A stretch of DNA of 64,000 nucleotides. It comes from an uncultured Candidatus Rokubacteria bacterium. Its GTDB lineage: Bacteria > Methylomirabilota > Methylomirabilia > Rokubacteriales > DASRDR01. A program made the position numbers and the translations under genes. Position 1 is the first letter of the stretch. Each line of letters opens with the position of its first letter. The notes under the pieces are model-generated. The model was not told the DNA's origin. It saw nothing but the letters and a program-made list of their open reading frames with translations, and made no database searches. Below are positions 10,411 to 20,174 of the stretch, piece by piece. The stretch is taken from assembly GCA_963799055.1 (NCBI GenBank), contig CAWCVP010000015.1, forward strand, positions 181,440 through 245,439, in the 5' to 3' direction.

Positions 10411-10919
10411 TGGCGGCGACGACGGTTCTGGGCGTCTTCCAGCATGTGGACACCGCGACCCGGGCCATCCGGGCGCTCCGGGCCCGGGGCGTACGGTCGA
10501 TCGCCGCCTACAGCCCGGTGCCCCTCGACGAGTTCGAGGAGGCGCTCACCGGACACGGGCTGCCGCGAAGCCCCGTGCGGCTCTTCACGCTCGTCGGCGC
10601 CCTGATCGGGGTGACCAGCGGGTTCGCCCTGACGATCTGGACCGCGCTCAAGTGGAACCTGATCACCGGAGGCAAGCCGGTGGTCTCGATTCCCCCCTTC
10701 GTGGTGATCGCCTTCGAGATGACGATTCTGCTCGGGGGGCTCTGCACGCTCCTGGGGCTCCTGGTCACTGCCCGGCTGCCGAGCCTCCGGATCTCCCGGT
10801 TGTACGATCCCCGGTTCAGCATCGATCGCTTCGGCGTCGAGGTCACCTGCGACGGGGCCGAGCGCGCGGCGATCGAGGACCTCCTGCGCGGCGCGGGCGC
10901 CGAGGAGGTCCGGGCATGA
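10410..10919 (+). CDS. actD: Alternative Complex III subunit ActD
   Basis: MAATTVLGVFQHVDTATRAIRALRARG..., followed by two TM helices. ATGA-type overlap with actC. Position in the operon fits. Confidence 0.75.
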   Translation: MAATTVLGVFQHVDTATRAIRALRARGVRSIAAYSPVPLDEFEEALTGHGLPRSPVRLFTLVGALIGVTSGFALTIWTALKWNLITGGKPVVSIPPFVVIAFEMTILLGGLCTLLGLLVTARLPSLRISRLYDPRFSIDRFGVEVTCDGAERAAIEDLLRGAGAEEVRA

Positions 10920-11410
10920 AGTGGGTGTTCCTGCTCTGCCTCCTGGTGGTCGGCGCGGTGGCCGCGGTCATGGGCGGGCTCGTCGCCTACCGGTGGATGA
11001 CGAGCATGCAGAACGACGTCAAGCTGGTGCCCGGCCAGCTCACGATGGGGCAGCCCCCGGGCACGGTGCCGCGGGAAGGGGCGGAGCTGGTCGTCGCGCG
11101 CGAGGTGTACGTGACGCGGAAGAATCCGATTCCCCCGGACCCCGCTTCGCTCGCTCGCGGGCAGAAGCTCTACGACATCTACTGCACCCCGTGCCACGGG
11201 CCGGCCGGCAAGGGGGACGGGCTCGTCAGCCCGCGGTTCATCCCCGCGCCCGATCTCACGAGCCCCGCGGTGCAGGCGAAGACCGACGGGCATTTCTCGT
11301 ACTACATCGGCTTCGGGGGGGCCATCATGCCGGCCTACGGCGAGGCCCTGTCGGTGGTCGACCGGTGGGACATCGTGAACCACCTGCGCACGCTGGCCAA
11401 GAAGGGCTGA
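10916..11410 (+). CDS. actE: Alternative Complex III subunit ActE, monohaem cytochrome c
   Basis: N-terminal TM anchor and a single CTPCH haem motif. Overlaps the actD stop. Confidence 0.8.
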   Translation: MKWVFLLCLLVVGAVAAVMGGLVAYRWMTSMQNDVKLVPGQLTMGQPPGTVPREGAELVVAREVYVTRKNPIPPDPASLARGQKLYDIYCTPCHGPAGKGDGLVSPRFIPAPDLTSPAVQAKTDGHFSYYIGFGGAIMPAYGEALSVVDRWDIVNHLRTLAKKG

Positions 11411-11411
11411 G

Positions 11412-12566
11412 ATGGCCCCCACGGATCCGAGGCACGCCTTGGCCGGCCGGACCGGGATGATCCTGGCCGGACTCGTCGCCCTGGGCGCGATCAGCTTCCT
11501 GGTGGCGCTGGCGGGCGGATCCAGCACCCACGCCTGGGCCGTGTTCCTGGCCAACCTCCTGTTCTGGTCGGGACTGTCGGCGGCCGGCCCGGCGATCGCG
11601 GGCATCTTCGAGCTCACCGAGGCCCGGTGGGCGGCGAGCCTTCGACGGATCGCCACGACGACCGTCGCGTTCATGCCGGCGTCGTTCGTGCTGTTCCTGG
11701 TGCTCATGGTCGGCCTCCGGGCGCTCTACCCATGGGTCGCGGTGCCGATTCCGAAGAAGGCGGTGTGGCTCAACGTGCCCTTCTTCGTGTTGCGTACGGT
11801 GATCGGGGTGGGGGCGCTCTACTGGGTGAGCGTCCGGTTCGCGCGAGCCGTTCACGGGTCCCCGGCGGGCGCTGCCCAGGAGCCGGGCCGGGCCCACCGC
11901 GCGCGCCTGGCGGTCGGGCTCCTCTTCCTGTTCGTCATCGTGGGCTCGCTGCTCGGCTACGACCTGGTCATGTCGCTGGACCCGCAGTGGTTCAGCGGGC
12001 TTCTCGGCGGCTACGTCGTGGTGGGCATGCTCTACTCGGGCTTCGCGTTCCTGGTCCTCCTCACCGGGCTCTACAGCGCAGGACGGCCGGGCTGGGTGAT
12101 GCCCCCGAAGGAGATGCAGGACCTCGCCAAGCTGGTGTTCGCCACGTCGATCCTGTGGATCTACTTCTTCTGGTCGCAGTATCTCGTCATCTGGTACGGC
12201 AACGTCCCGATCGAGACACGCTACGTGCTGGCCCGGTTCTTCGCGGACCCCTGGCGGTGCCTCGCGCTCACGGCCTTCTTCATCGGCTGGGTGATCCCGT
12301 TCTGCTATCTCCTGGGACGGCTGACGGGCCGACCGCCGGAGGGGCACCGGATCCTGGTCACGATCTCCTGCCTCTCCCTGATCGCCATCTTCATCGAGCG
12401 CATCGTGCTGGTGCTCCCGTCGACCCTCCAGATGGGCGTGCGGCCGTACGGGGCGGGGGACATCCTGCTGACGCTCCTGATGACGCTCGGGTTCGGCGCC
12501 CTGTTCGTCCTCTCCTACCGGATCTTCGTGCCCCGGTTCGGGCTGGCGCCCCGCGGGAGCAATTAG
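11412..12566 (+). CDS. actF: Alternative Complex III subunit ActF (second NrfD-like membrane subunit)
   Basis: A 384 aa polytopic membrane protein directly after actE, paralogous in character to ActC. Confidence 0.8.
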   Translation: MAPTDPRHALAGRTGMILAGLVALGAISFLVALAGGSSTHAWAVFLANLLFWSGLSAAGPAIAGIFELTEARWAASLRRIATTTVAFMPASFVLFLVLMVGLRALYPWVAVPIPKKAVWLNVPFFVLRTVIGVGALYWVSVRFARAVHGSPAGAAQEPGRAHRARLAVGLLFLFVIVGSLLGYDLVMSLDPQWFSGLLGGYVVVGMLYSGFAFLVLLTGLYSAGRPGWVMPPKEMQDLAKLVFATSILWIYFFWSQYLVIWYGNVPIETRYVLARFFADPWRCLALTAFFIGWVIPFCYLLGRLTGRPPEGHRILVTISCLSLIAIFIERIVLVLPSTLQMGVRPYGAGDILLTLLMTLGFGALFVLSYRIFVPRFGLAPRGSN

Positions 12567-12636
12567 CCCCAGACGCGACCGCGGGCGGGCCCTCCTTGTT
12601 GCCCGGCGGGCCGATGGGTAGGCTGGTCCCGCGCTC

Positions 12637-14187
12637 ATGGCGGTGCGATTCGATCTCCGGCGCACCTCGGCTCGTCTGAGCGACCGCCCGCTCCTGCTCC
12701 TGATCGGGTTGACCCTGCTCGTGGTGGGCGCCGGGATCGGGCTCCGTGACCCCTGGGGAGTGGACGAGGAGCGGTTCCTCGGGGTGGCCCTGGAGATGCT
12801 GCAGGGCCGATCCATTCTGATCCTGCACCGGGCGGGCGAGCCCTATCCGGACAAGCCGCCGCTCTTCATGTGGATCCTGGCCCTCGCGTACCAGCTGACC
12901 GGGTCTCCGCGGATCGCCTTCCGCCTGCCGGGTCTCTTCGCCGCCGTCGGCTGCGTCATCTGCGTCTACGATCTCGGGCGACGGCTCTGGAACCGTCGCG
13001 TGGGCATCGGCGCCGGCCTCCTCTTCCTTGCCACGATCCAGAGCATGCTGGTGCTCCGAGGAGGGCAGACGGACTCGCTGCTCATTCTCTGGACCACGTT
13101 GGGCCTGTACGGGCTGACTCGCCATCTGGCGGCGGGGCCGGCGTGGGGATGGTACGCAGTTGCCTCGACGGCCATGGGCCTCGGTGTCATGACGAAGGGT
13201 GTGGGATTCCTCCCGCTCTTCCTGATCCTGCCGTACATGTATGGCCGGCGGCGCGGGTTCCGGCATCTCACGCCGATCCCGTTCGGGGATCGGCGCTGGT
13301 GGCTCGGGGCGCTCTGCTTGCTTGCCACCGTGGGGGCATGGTTCGTCCCGCTGCTGGGCCACGTGATCGGCTCCGGGGATCCCGGCGCTCACGCCTACCT
13401 TCGGAACCTTCTCTTCCGGCAAACCGCCGAGCGCATGTTTTCGGCGTGGCAGCATCGCGAGCCGTTCTGGTACTTTCTCGTCCAGATCATCCCGCTGCTC
13501 TGGCTCCCGCTCGTCGCCGGCCTGCCGTGGCTGGTGCCGGCATGGCGGCGGCGTCTCGCGCGAGGCGACGGCCGCATCCTGCTGCTGGTCGGCTGGGTCG
13601 TCCTCGTGGTGACGTTCTTCAGCCTCAGCAGCGGAAAGCGCAGCGTCTACGTCTTTCCGGCGGTGCCGGCGCTCGCACTGGCCGCGGCGCCGGTCGTCGC
13701 CTCACTCCTCAACCGGCTCGCCCGGATCGCGAACCGTCGTCTCCTCCACGCGGCGGTGGGCTTCTGGTTCGTCGGGATGATCGCCTGGGGCGTTGCTGAG
13801 CCGTTCGGGCGGGCGGATGACTACGCTCGTCGCGCCGTCATGGCGGCGGTCGCGCATCGGATCGGCCCGGATCGGGAGCTGGCGCTCGTCCACTGGCGAG
13901 ACGGGCAGTGGCTCTTCGCCCAGAACCCGATCGTGCACTTCGGGTACCGTGGGGATGCGGATCAAGTCGGGCAAGCCCTGACTTGGCTTCGCGCCGCACC
14001 GGAACGGTGGCTGCTCGGCGGCGATCGCTGGCTGCGAGACTGCTTCGACATGGAGCGCGCCGTCTACGTCGGCGAGGACCGGGAGCGACGCCTCTATCTG
14101 GTGGAAGCCGGAATGGATGCGGGACGGTGCCGGCCGGTGCCTCCCCGACGGCTGTATCGATTCCGCTGGGAGCACCCCTACGGATAG
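12637..14187 (+). CDS. Glycosyltransferase family 39 (ArnT/PMT-like, polyprenyl-phosphate-sugar dependent)
   Basis: A 516 aa multi-TM protein with a GVDEERFLGVALEM...PYPDKPPLFMWILALAYQLTG type N-terminal loop, typical of the ArnT/PMT_2 family. Confidence 0.7.
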   Translation: MAVRFDLRRTSARLSDRPLLLLIGLTLLVVGAGIGLRDPWGVDEERFLGVALEMLQGRSILILHRAGEPYPDKPPLFMWILALAYQLTGSPRIAFRLPGLFAAVGCVICVYDLGRRLWNRRVGIGAGLLFLATIQSMLVLRGGQTDSLLILWTTLGLYGLTRHLAAGPAWGWYAVASTAMGLGVMTKGVGFLPLFLILPYMYGRRRGFRHLTPIPFGDRRWWLGALCLLATVGAWFVPLLGHVIGSGDPGAHAYLRNLLFRQTAERMFSAWQHREPFWYFLVQIIPLLWLPLVAGLPWLVPAWRRRLARGDGRILLLVGWVVLVVTFFSLSSGKRSVYVFPAVPALALAAAPVVASLLNRLARIANRRLLHAAVGFWFVGMIAWGVAEPFGRADDYARRAVMAAVAHRIGPDRELALVHWRDGQWLFAQNPIVHFGYRGDADQVGQALTWLRAAPERWLLGGDRWLRDCFDMERAVYVGEDRERRLYLVEAGMDAGRCRPVPPRRLYRFRWEHPYG

Positions 14188-14320
14188 CCGCGGCCACGGC
14201 CCGCTCCGCCGGCGAGTGGCGGTTCGATCCATCCGGCAGGCTCTCCCCAAGTCGCGCGATAGGCTCTACACTGGCCACGAATCGACTCCTCCCGACCGCG
14301 ACTAGAAGGAGCGTGGGGCG

Positions 14321-15551
14321 GTGCTTTCCGTCGCCGAGGCCCTCGAGCGAGTCCTGGCGCTGGTGCCCGTGCTGGGCCACGAGAGCGTCCCGCTCGCCCA
14401 GTCCCTCGGTCGCGTCCTGGCCGAGCCGGTGGTCGCGGGGCGCGAGATCCCACCGTGGGACAACTCGTCGATGGACGGGTACGCCGTCCGGGCCGTGGAC
14501 ACCCGAGCGGCCGCCCCGGGCCGGCCGGTGAGGCTCGCGGTCGCGGGCGAAGTGGCCGCTGGCACCGTCGCGACCAGGGCGCTCGAGCTGGGGCAGGCGT
14601 ATCGGATCCTCACAGGCGCGCCGCTCCCGCTCGGCAGCGACGCCGTCGTACCGCAGGAGGACGTCCGGCGCGACGACCACCACGTCGCGCTGGAGAAGCC
14701 TGTTCAGCCCGGCGCGTACGTGCGGCCGCGCGGCGAGGACATACGCTCCGGGGACCGCCTGCTCGAGCCGGGAACGCGTGCTCCGCCCGGCCGCGCTCGG
14801 GGTGCTGGCCGCTCTGGGCCGAGTTCGGGTCGACGTCTTCCGGCGGCCGACGGTCGCCGTCCTCTCGACGGGGGACGAGCTCGTGACCCCCGATGCCCCG
14901 CTGGGGCCCGGCCAGATTCCGGATTCGAACACCTACACGCTCTGCGGCCTCGTCGCGGAGGCCGGAGCCGTCCCGCTGAGCCTCGGGATCGCCCGGGACC
15001 GTCGGGACGAGCTGGTGGAGCGCTTCCGCACGGGACTCGAGGCCGACGTGCTGGTGTCGTCCGCCGGCGTGTCCGTCGGCGACCGCGATTTCGTCCGCGA
15101 GGCGATCGAGGCCTTGGGAGCCCGCCTCGATTTCTGGAAGGTGAACATGCGGCCCGGGAAGCCGCTCACCTTCGGGCATCTCGGCGAGCGCCTGTTCTTC
15201 GGGCTTCCCGGGAACCCCGTCTCCTGCATGGTGACGTTCGAGCTCTTCGTCCGGCCCGCCCTCCGGCGAATGGGCGGGCATCGGGTGTTGGACCGGCCGC
15301 GGATCCGGGCCCGAGCGCTCGAGCCGATCGACAACCCCGGGAGCCGACCGGGCTATCTCCGCGTCCGCCTCGAGCCGGATGGTGAAGGGGTGGGAGCCCG
15401 CCCGACGGGGGAGCAGGGATCCGGCATCCTGCGGTCGATGCTCCTGGCGGACGGGCTGGCGGTCCTTCCCGGGGACACCCGAATTGCCAGACACGAGGCG
15501 GTCGAGGTCATCCTCCTCATGACTGACGGGGGTCTAAGCAGGCACCGTTGA
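14321..15551 (+). CDS. moeA: Molybdopterin molybdenumtransferase MoeA, one frameshift near 14768-14772
   Basis: IPPWDNSSMDGYAV, ILTGAPLP, then after the shift VAVLSTGDELV, SNTYTL, VSSAGVSVGDRDFV, VNMRPGKP, GLPGNPVS. Confidence 0.9.
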
Positions 15552-15617
15552 TCGGGTTGGCGGTTGAGTTTCACTTCCGGCTCTTGTATAGTCCCATTAC
15601 CGATCAGGTTTGATGGA

Positions 15618-16358
15618 ATGAAGCGACGCGTCTTTCTCGGAGCAGCTTTCGGCGGAGTGGCGTTCCCAGCCCTCGCCTGGGCCCAACCGCGGAGCGAGCG
15701 GGAGCATCGGGTCGACCTGGACGTGCCCATCCTGTCCGAGGAGCCGGCAGCGGTGCCGATCCGCGTGAGCCTGGATCACCCGATGGAGCCGGACCACCAC
15801 ATCCGGTCCATCGAGGTAACGGTCGACGGCGACCCCGTTCCGGCCAAGGGGAAGTTCGTCTTCTCCCCGCAGAACGGACGGCCCTGGGCGGCCTACCAGG
15901 TGCGGTCGGGCACGGGCGGGATGGTCAAGGCCGTGGCGATATGTAACCGCCACGGAGAGCTGACGGCGTCCCGGAGCATCCGGGTCGTCGAGGGGGGCTG
16001 CAGCACGCCGCCCGAGCGCTCGAACCGAGACCGCGCGGGTAGCCCAGAGCTGCGCTTGCCGCGGAGCATCCGGGCAGGGGAGCCGTTCGAGGTCCGTGTC
16101 CGGCTCCTCCACGGCTCCTACACGGGGCTCGCCCTGAAGCAGGGCCGCTTCGTCCGGGAGCTGCCGGAGTACTACGTCAAGCAGATGACCGTCTGGCTCG
16201 ACGACCAGCGGGTGAGCGAGTTCCAGATGACCTCGGCGGTCAGCCCGAACCCCCTGGTCCGCTTTCCCCTGCGGGTGAGCCAGTCCGGGACGCTGCGTGT
16301 CCAGTTCGTGAACAGCGAAGGACAGCGCTGGGACGTGTCCGAGCCGATTCGGGTGTGA
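15618..16358 (+). CDS. SoxY-SoxZ fusion protein (sulfur-carrier complex), Tat/Sec-exported
   Basis: Signal MKRRVFLGAAFGGVAFPALAWA. The SoxY-like half ends in ...IRVVEGGC (carrier Cys motif GGC). The SoxZ-like half reads IRAGEPFEVRVRLLHG...SAVSPNPLVRFPLRV..GTLRVQFVNSEGQRW. Confidence 0.7.
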   Translation: MKRRVFLGAAFGGVAFPALAWAQPRSEREHRVDLDVPILSEEPAAVPIRVSLDHPMEPDHHIRSIEVTVDGDPVPAKGKFVFSPQNGRPWAAYQVRSGTGGMVKAVAICNRHGELTASRSIRVVEGGCSTPPERSNRDRAGSPELRLPRSIRAGEPFEVRVRLLHGSYTGLALKQGRFVRELPEYYVKQMTVWLDDQRVSEFQMTSAVSPNPLVRFPLRVSQSGTLRVQFVNSEGQRWDVSEPIRV

Positions 16359-16380
16359 CCCAATCTCCACGGAGGTGACC

Positions 16381-17655
16381 ATGGCCGAGCTGACACGCAG
16401 GGACTTCCTTCGGAGGTCGGCGGCGGGCCTCGGGCTCGGCGTCGCGGCGGGCGGCATCCTCGACGGCTGCGCCGCGTCGGCGAAGGGCGATCTCGCGCGA
16501 AAGTCCGGGCGCCGCGTCGTGGTGATCGGCGGAGGCTGGGGAGGGGCGACCGCAGCCAAGTACGTCCGCCTTCAGGATCCGTCCATCGAGGTCATCCTGC
16601 TCGAGCCGAACCGCTCGTTCGTCTCGTGTCCCTTCAGCAACCTGGTGCTGAGCGGGCTCGAGACGATGGGCGCCATCACGTTCCCCTACGACGGGCTCCG
16701 GGCGCACGGCGTCAAGATCCGCCACGAGACCGCCACCGCCGTCGAACCCGACACGAAGCGCGTGCGCATCGGCGAGGGCTATCTCGAGTACGACCGCCTC
16801 GTCGTGTCGCCGGGCGTCGACTTCATCTGGGACCAGGTCGAGGGAGTCGCCGGCCAGGAGAGCGCGATCCTCCACGCGTGGAAGGCGGGGCCGCAGACGG
16901 CGGAGCTGGCCAGCCGGCTCCAGGGCCTCCCCGACGGCGGGGTCGTCGTCATGACGGTGCCTCCCGTCGCCTACCGCTGCCCGCCCGGGCCCTACGAGCG
17001 CGCGTGCCAGATCGCCTGGTTCCTGCAGACGAAGAAGCCGCGCGCCAAGCTCGTCGTCCTCGACGCGAACAACGACATCGTGTCGAAGACCGGGCTCTTC
17101 AAGGCGGTCTTCCGCAACTACCCGAACCTCGAGTACCGCCCGACCAGCAAGATCGAGCGGGTCGACCTCGCCGGGCGGGAGATCCTGCCGGCGATCGGCG
17201 ACCGCGTGCGGTACGACGTGCTCAACCTCATCCCGCCTCAGCGGGCGGGGGCGATCGCGCTCCAGGCCGGCCTAGGCGACGCGAACAACCGCTGGTGCGA
17301 GGTGAACCACGTCACGTACGAGTCGACGAAGCAGCCCGGGGTGCACGTGATCGGCGACGCCACTACCGGCTTGCCGGTGCCCAAGTCCGGCAACATCGCC
17401 AACGCGATGGGCAAGATCTGCGCGACCGCGATCGTCCATCAGCTGAACGGCAAGGAGCCTCCGGTCCTGGCCCCCGGCAACACCTGCTACAGCTGGACCA
17501 GCGATCGCGAGGCCATCGCGGTCGTCAACGCGTACCGGATCGACAACGGCAAGGTCGTCCAGATCGAGCAGAAGCTGACCCCGCGCCCGGCGGCATCGGT
17601 GGCGCAGAACTCGATCGGGTGGCGGACGAGCATCTGGAACGATGTCCTGGGCTGA
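16381..17655 (+). CDS. fccB: Flavocytochrome c sulfide dehydrogenase, flavoprotein subunit (FccB/SoxF family)
   Basis: Tat signal MAELTRRDFLRRS, FAD fold VVVIGGGWGGATAAKY, and CPPGPYERAC in the FCSD flavin-binding region. GGAGG lies 5 nt before the ATG. Confidence 0.85.
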   Translation: MAELTRRDFLRRSAAGLGLGVAAGGILDGCAASAKGDLARKSGRRVVVIGGGWGGATAAKYVRLQDPSIEVILLEPNRSFVSCPFSNLVLSGLETMGAITFPYDGLRAHGVKIRHETATAVEPDTKRVRIGEGYLEYDRLVVSPGVDFIWDQVEGVAGQESAILHAWKAGPQTAELASRLQGLPDGGVVVMTVPPVAYRCPPGPYERACQIAWFLQTKKPRAKLVVLDANNDIVSKTGLFKAVFRNYPNLEYRPTSKIERVDLAGREILPAIGDRVRYDVLNLIPPQRAGAIALQAGLGDANNRWCEVNHVTYESTKQPGVHVIGDATTGLPVPKSGNIANAMGKICATAIVHQLNGKEPPVLAPGNTCYSWTSDREAIAVVNAYRIDNGKVVQIEQKLTPRPAASVAQNSIGWRTSIWNDVLG

Positions 17656-18274
17656 GCGGAGGAGAGCGATGGGGACACTGATGCGGCTCGGCGGCGCCAT
17701 TGGAAGCCTCGTGCTCCTCCTCGCCACCGCGGGCGTCGCGGGCGCGGGTCCGCTCGACGGACCCGGGGCGCAGAAGTCCCTCGTGTGCAGCGCGTGTCAC
17801 GGGTTCGCCGGCAACAGTCGGGGGAACACCGTGCCGATCCTGGCCGGCGTCGACGCGGCCTACTTCAAGAAGGCGATCGCGGATTACGCGTCCGGGCGCC
17901 GCGTGTCGGCGGAGATGGAGCCCTACGCCAAGATGGTGATTCAGTCGGGCGTCGACGACATCGCCGTCTACTTCGCGGGTCAGACCCGGCAGCCGACCCC
18001 CGTCGGCGCCGACCCGGCCGCGGTGCAGCGGGGCCGCGTGGCGGCGGCCGCCTGCGGCGTCTGTCACGGCGCCAACGGGAAGGGCGACCGCGCCAAGCTG
18101 ATCCCGGACCTCACGGGGCAGCCGCCCGGCTACCTGCGGAACCAGCTCATCCTCTTCAAGCAGGACCAGCGAAGCCCCGGGGACGCCGAGCTCAAGGCGG
18201 TGAAGGCCCTGATCCAGACGCTGCCGGACGAGACGCTGGCCGACCTGGCCGCCTACTACTCGACCCTGCGGTAG
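17642..18274 (+). CDS. Dihaem cytochrome c (c4-like; probable electron-acceptor partner of the flavoprotein)
   Basis: Signal peptide and two CxxCH motifs (CSACH, CGVCH). Overlaps the fccB end. Confidence 0.8.
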   Translation: MSWAERRRAMGTLMRLGGAIGSLVLLLATAGVAGAGPLDGPGAQKSLVCSACHGFAGNSRGNTVPILAGVDAAYFKKAIADYASGRRVSAEMEPYAKMVIQSGVDDIAVYFAGQTRQPTPVGADPAAVQRGRVAAAACGVCHGANGKGDRAKLIPDLTGQPPGYLRNQLILFKQDQRSPGDAELKAVKALIQTLPDETLADLAAYYSTLR

Positions 18275-18325
18275 GACGCGGGCGTTCTCGGGCCTCGGCC
18301 GGATCCGCCCGACGAGCCGGTCAGG

Positions 18326-19324
18326 CTACGCGCGCCCGCCGAAAAGCGCCCAGAGGGTGGCCCGGCCGCCCACCACCATGGCGCCGAACGCCGTCAGGCT
18401 GCCAAGGGCCAGGGTCGCCGAGTTGGTGAGCCCCTGCGTGACGTTGCAGCCGTCGGCGACCAAAGCGCCGGCGCCCATGATCAGCCCACCGGCGAAGAGC
18501 TTGACGATCGTGAAGCCCGGCACCGGCTTCCAGGCGAACTCGCCGGACCGCCAGGCGGCCAGCGCCGCCCCGCCCACCACGCCCAGCAGCAGCACCATGC
18601 CCCACGTGAGGCGGTTCGGGTAGCCGACCAGGGGGTAGGTGAGGGCGTGGCCGGTGTTGGCGGCGAAGGTGATGCCGGTGGGACTGCCCGCCCACGCCGA
18701 GAGGTACCAGCCGAGCACGATCACGAGCCCGATGGCGCTTCCCGTCACCGGCCAGCGCCACTTTCCGTGGTCGGACTCCTCGGGGCGGTTCCGGACCAGC
18801 CAGACGCCCACCAGGACGACCAGGATACCGATGACGGGCCACGGCCCGAGACCGAGCGCCGCCTGCAGCGTCGCCGGCTGATCGTCGATCGGGAGCTCGA
18901 ACGCCTGGAGCGCGGTCCGGACCGGCTGGAGCGCGCCGACGCTGGCCGCGCTCGCTCCCATCGCGAACCCGAGCAGCACCACCCATGCCCCGAGCGCGCC
19001 CTCGCCCAGCCGGTACCAGGAGCTGCCGGCGCATCCGCCCCCGAGGATCATGCCGATGCCGAAGACGAAGCCGCCGCTGAGGTTGGCGAGCCACCGGAAC
19101 GGCCGGACCGGGATCGATTCGACCAGGCCGAGCTGGAGGACGTGCACGCCGACGATCGCGATCAGGAGGGCGAGGACGTAGGCGCGCAGGATCGCCGTGT
19201 CGCCCATGAGCGCCCAGTTGGACAGCGCCCGGGTGAGACAGAAGCCCCCGCGCTGTGCGCAGTAGCCGAAGAGCAGCCCTGCCAGGAGCGCGCTGGCCAG
19301 CGTGAGGAGCCCGCTCGCGTCCAC
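18326..19324 (-). CDS. YeeE/YedE family sulfur-compound transport protein
   Basis: A 332 aa polytopic membrane protein with the two conserved Cys loops (GGFCLTRA ... ADGCNVTQG). Confidence 0.8.
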   Translation of the reverse strand: MDASGLLTLASALLAGLLFGYCAQRGGFCLTRALSNWALMGDTAILRAYVLALLIAIVGVHVLQLGLVESIPVRPFRWLANLSGGFVFGIGMILGGGCAGSSWYRLGEGALGAWVVLLGFAMGASAASVGALQPVRTALQAFELPIDDQPATLQAALGLGPWPVIGILVVLVGVWLVRNRPEESDHGKWRWPVTGSAIGLVIVLGWYLSAWAGSPTGITFAANTGHALTYPLVGYPNRLTWGMVLLLGVVGGAALAAWRSGEFAWKPVPGFTIVKLFAGGLIMGAGALVADGCNVTQGLTNSATLALGSLTAFGAMVVGGRATLWALFGGRA

Positions 19325-19358
19325 CGCAGCGATCTTAGCGCACCGGCCGCGCCCTCGC

Positions 19359-19387
19359 TTGTCGGTCCGCGGAGGGCCGGCTATACT
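19359..19387 (+). promoter_or_regulatory. Candidate promoter of the amino-acid ABC transporter operon
   Basis: TTGTCG, a 17 nt spacer, then TATACT (19382-19387), only about 9 nt before the GTG at 19396. This implies a near-leaderless transcript or a different start. Confidence 0.25.
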
Positions 19388-19395
19388 CCGCGGCA

Positions 19396-20149
19396 GTGGA
19401 GCGGCCTGCGGCGACCCCCATCATTCGCTTCGAACGGGTGAACAAGTGGTTCGGGAAGCTGCACGTGCTCCGGGACGTCGATCTGGAGGTGGCGAGGGGC
19501 GAGGTCCTCGTGGTCTGCGGGCCGAGCGGCTCCGGGAAGAGCACGCTGATCCGATGCGTGAACCGGCTCGAGGCGATCCAGTCGGGGCGCCTCGTCGTGG
19601 ACGGCGTGGACGTGAGCGGGCCCGGCGCCGATCTCCCTCGGCTCCGCGCGAACATCGGGATGGTGTTTCAGCAGTTCAACCTCTACCCCCACATGACCGT
19701 GCTGGAGAACATCACCCTGGCGCCCATCCGGGTGCGCGGGCTGGCGCGCGCAGAGGCGCGAGCGGAGCGCGATGGATCTCCTGGCCAAGGTCGACATTCC
19801 CGACAAGGCAGGCGCCTATCCGGCGCAGCTCTCCGGGGGGCAGCAGCAGCGCGTGGCCATCGCGCGGGCGCTCGCCATGCAGCCGAAGATCATGCTCTTC
19901 GACGAGCCGACCTCCGCCCTCGATCCCGAGATGATCATCGAGGTGCTGGACGTGATGGTGGCCCTCGCGCGCGAAGGGATGACGATGGTCGTGGTGACCC
20001 ACGAGATGGGCTTCGCCCGCAAGGTGGCCCACCGGATGGTCTTCATGGACGAGGGTCGTATCGTCGAAGAGGGCGTGCCCGACGCCTTTTTCGGCCGGCC
20101 TCGACACGAGCGCACACAGCAGTTCCTGTCCAAGATCCTCGCCCACTGA
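19396..20149 (+). CDS. Polar amino-acid ABC transporter ATP-binding protein (GlnQ-like), one frameshift near 19760
   Basis: Walker [11 protein letters not shown]-loop MVFQQFNL, then in the next frame the signature [15 protein letters not shown], Walker [12 protein letters not shown] and H-loop VVTHEM. Confidence 0.9.
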
Positions 20150-20174
20150 CGGGCGGCAGGGGAAGGGAAGGCCC

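Noticed and set aside
14188-14320. Possible Moco riboswitch or RBS-sequestering structure upstream of moeA
   Set aside because: Only a 5-bp CTCCT/AGGAG pairing around the RBS is visible. None of the conserved Moco-motif blocks could be recognised by eye.
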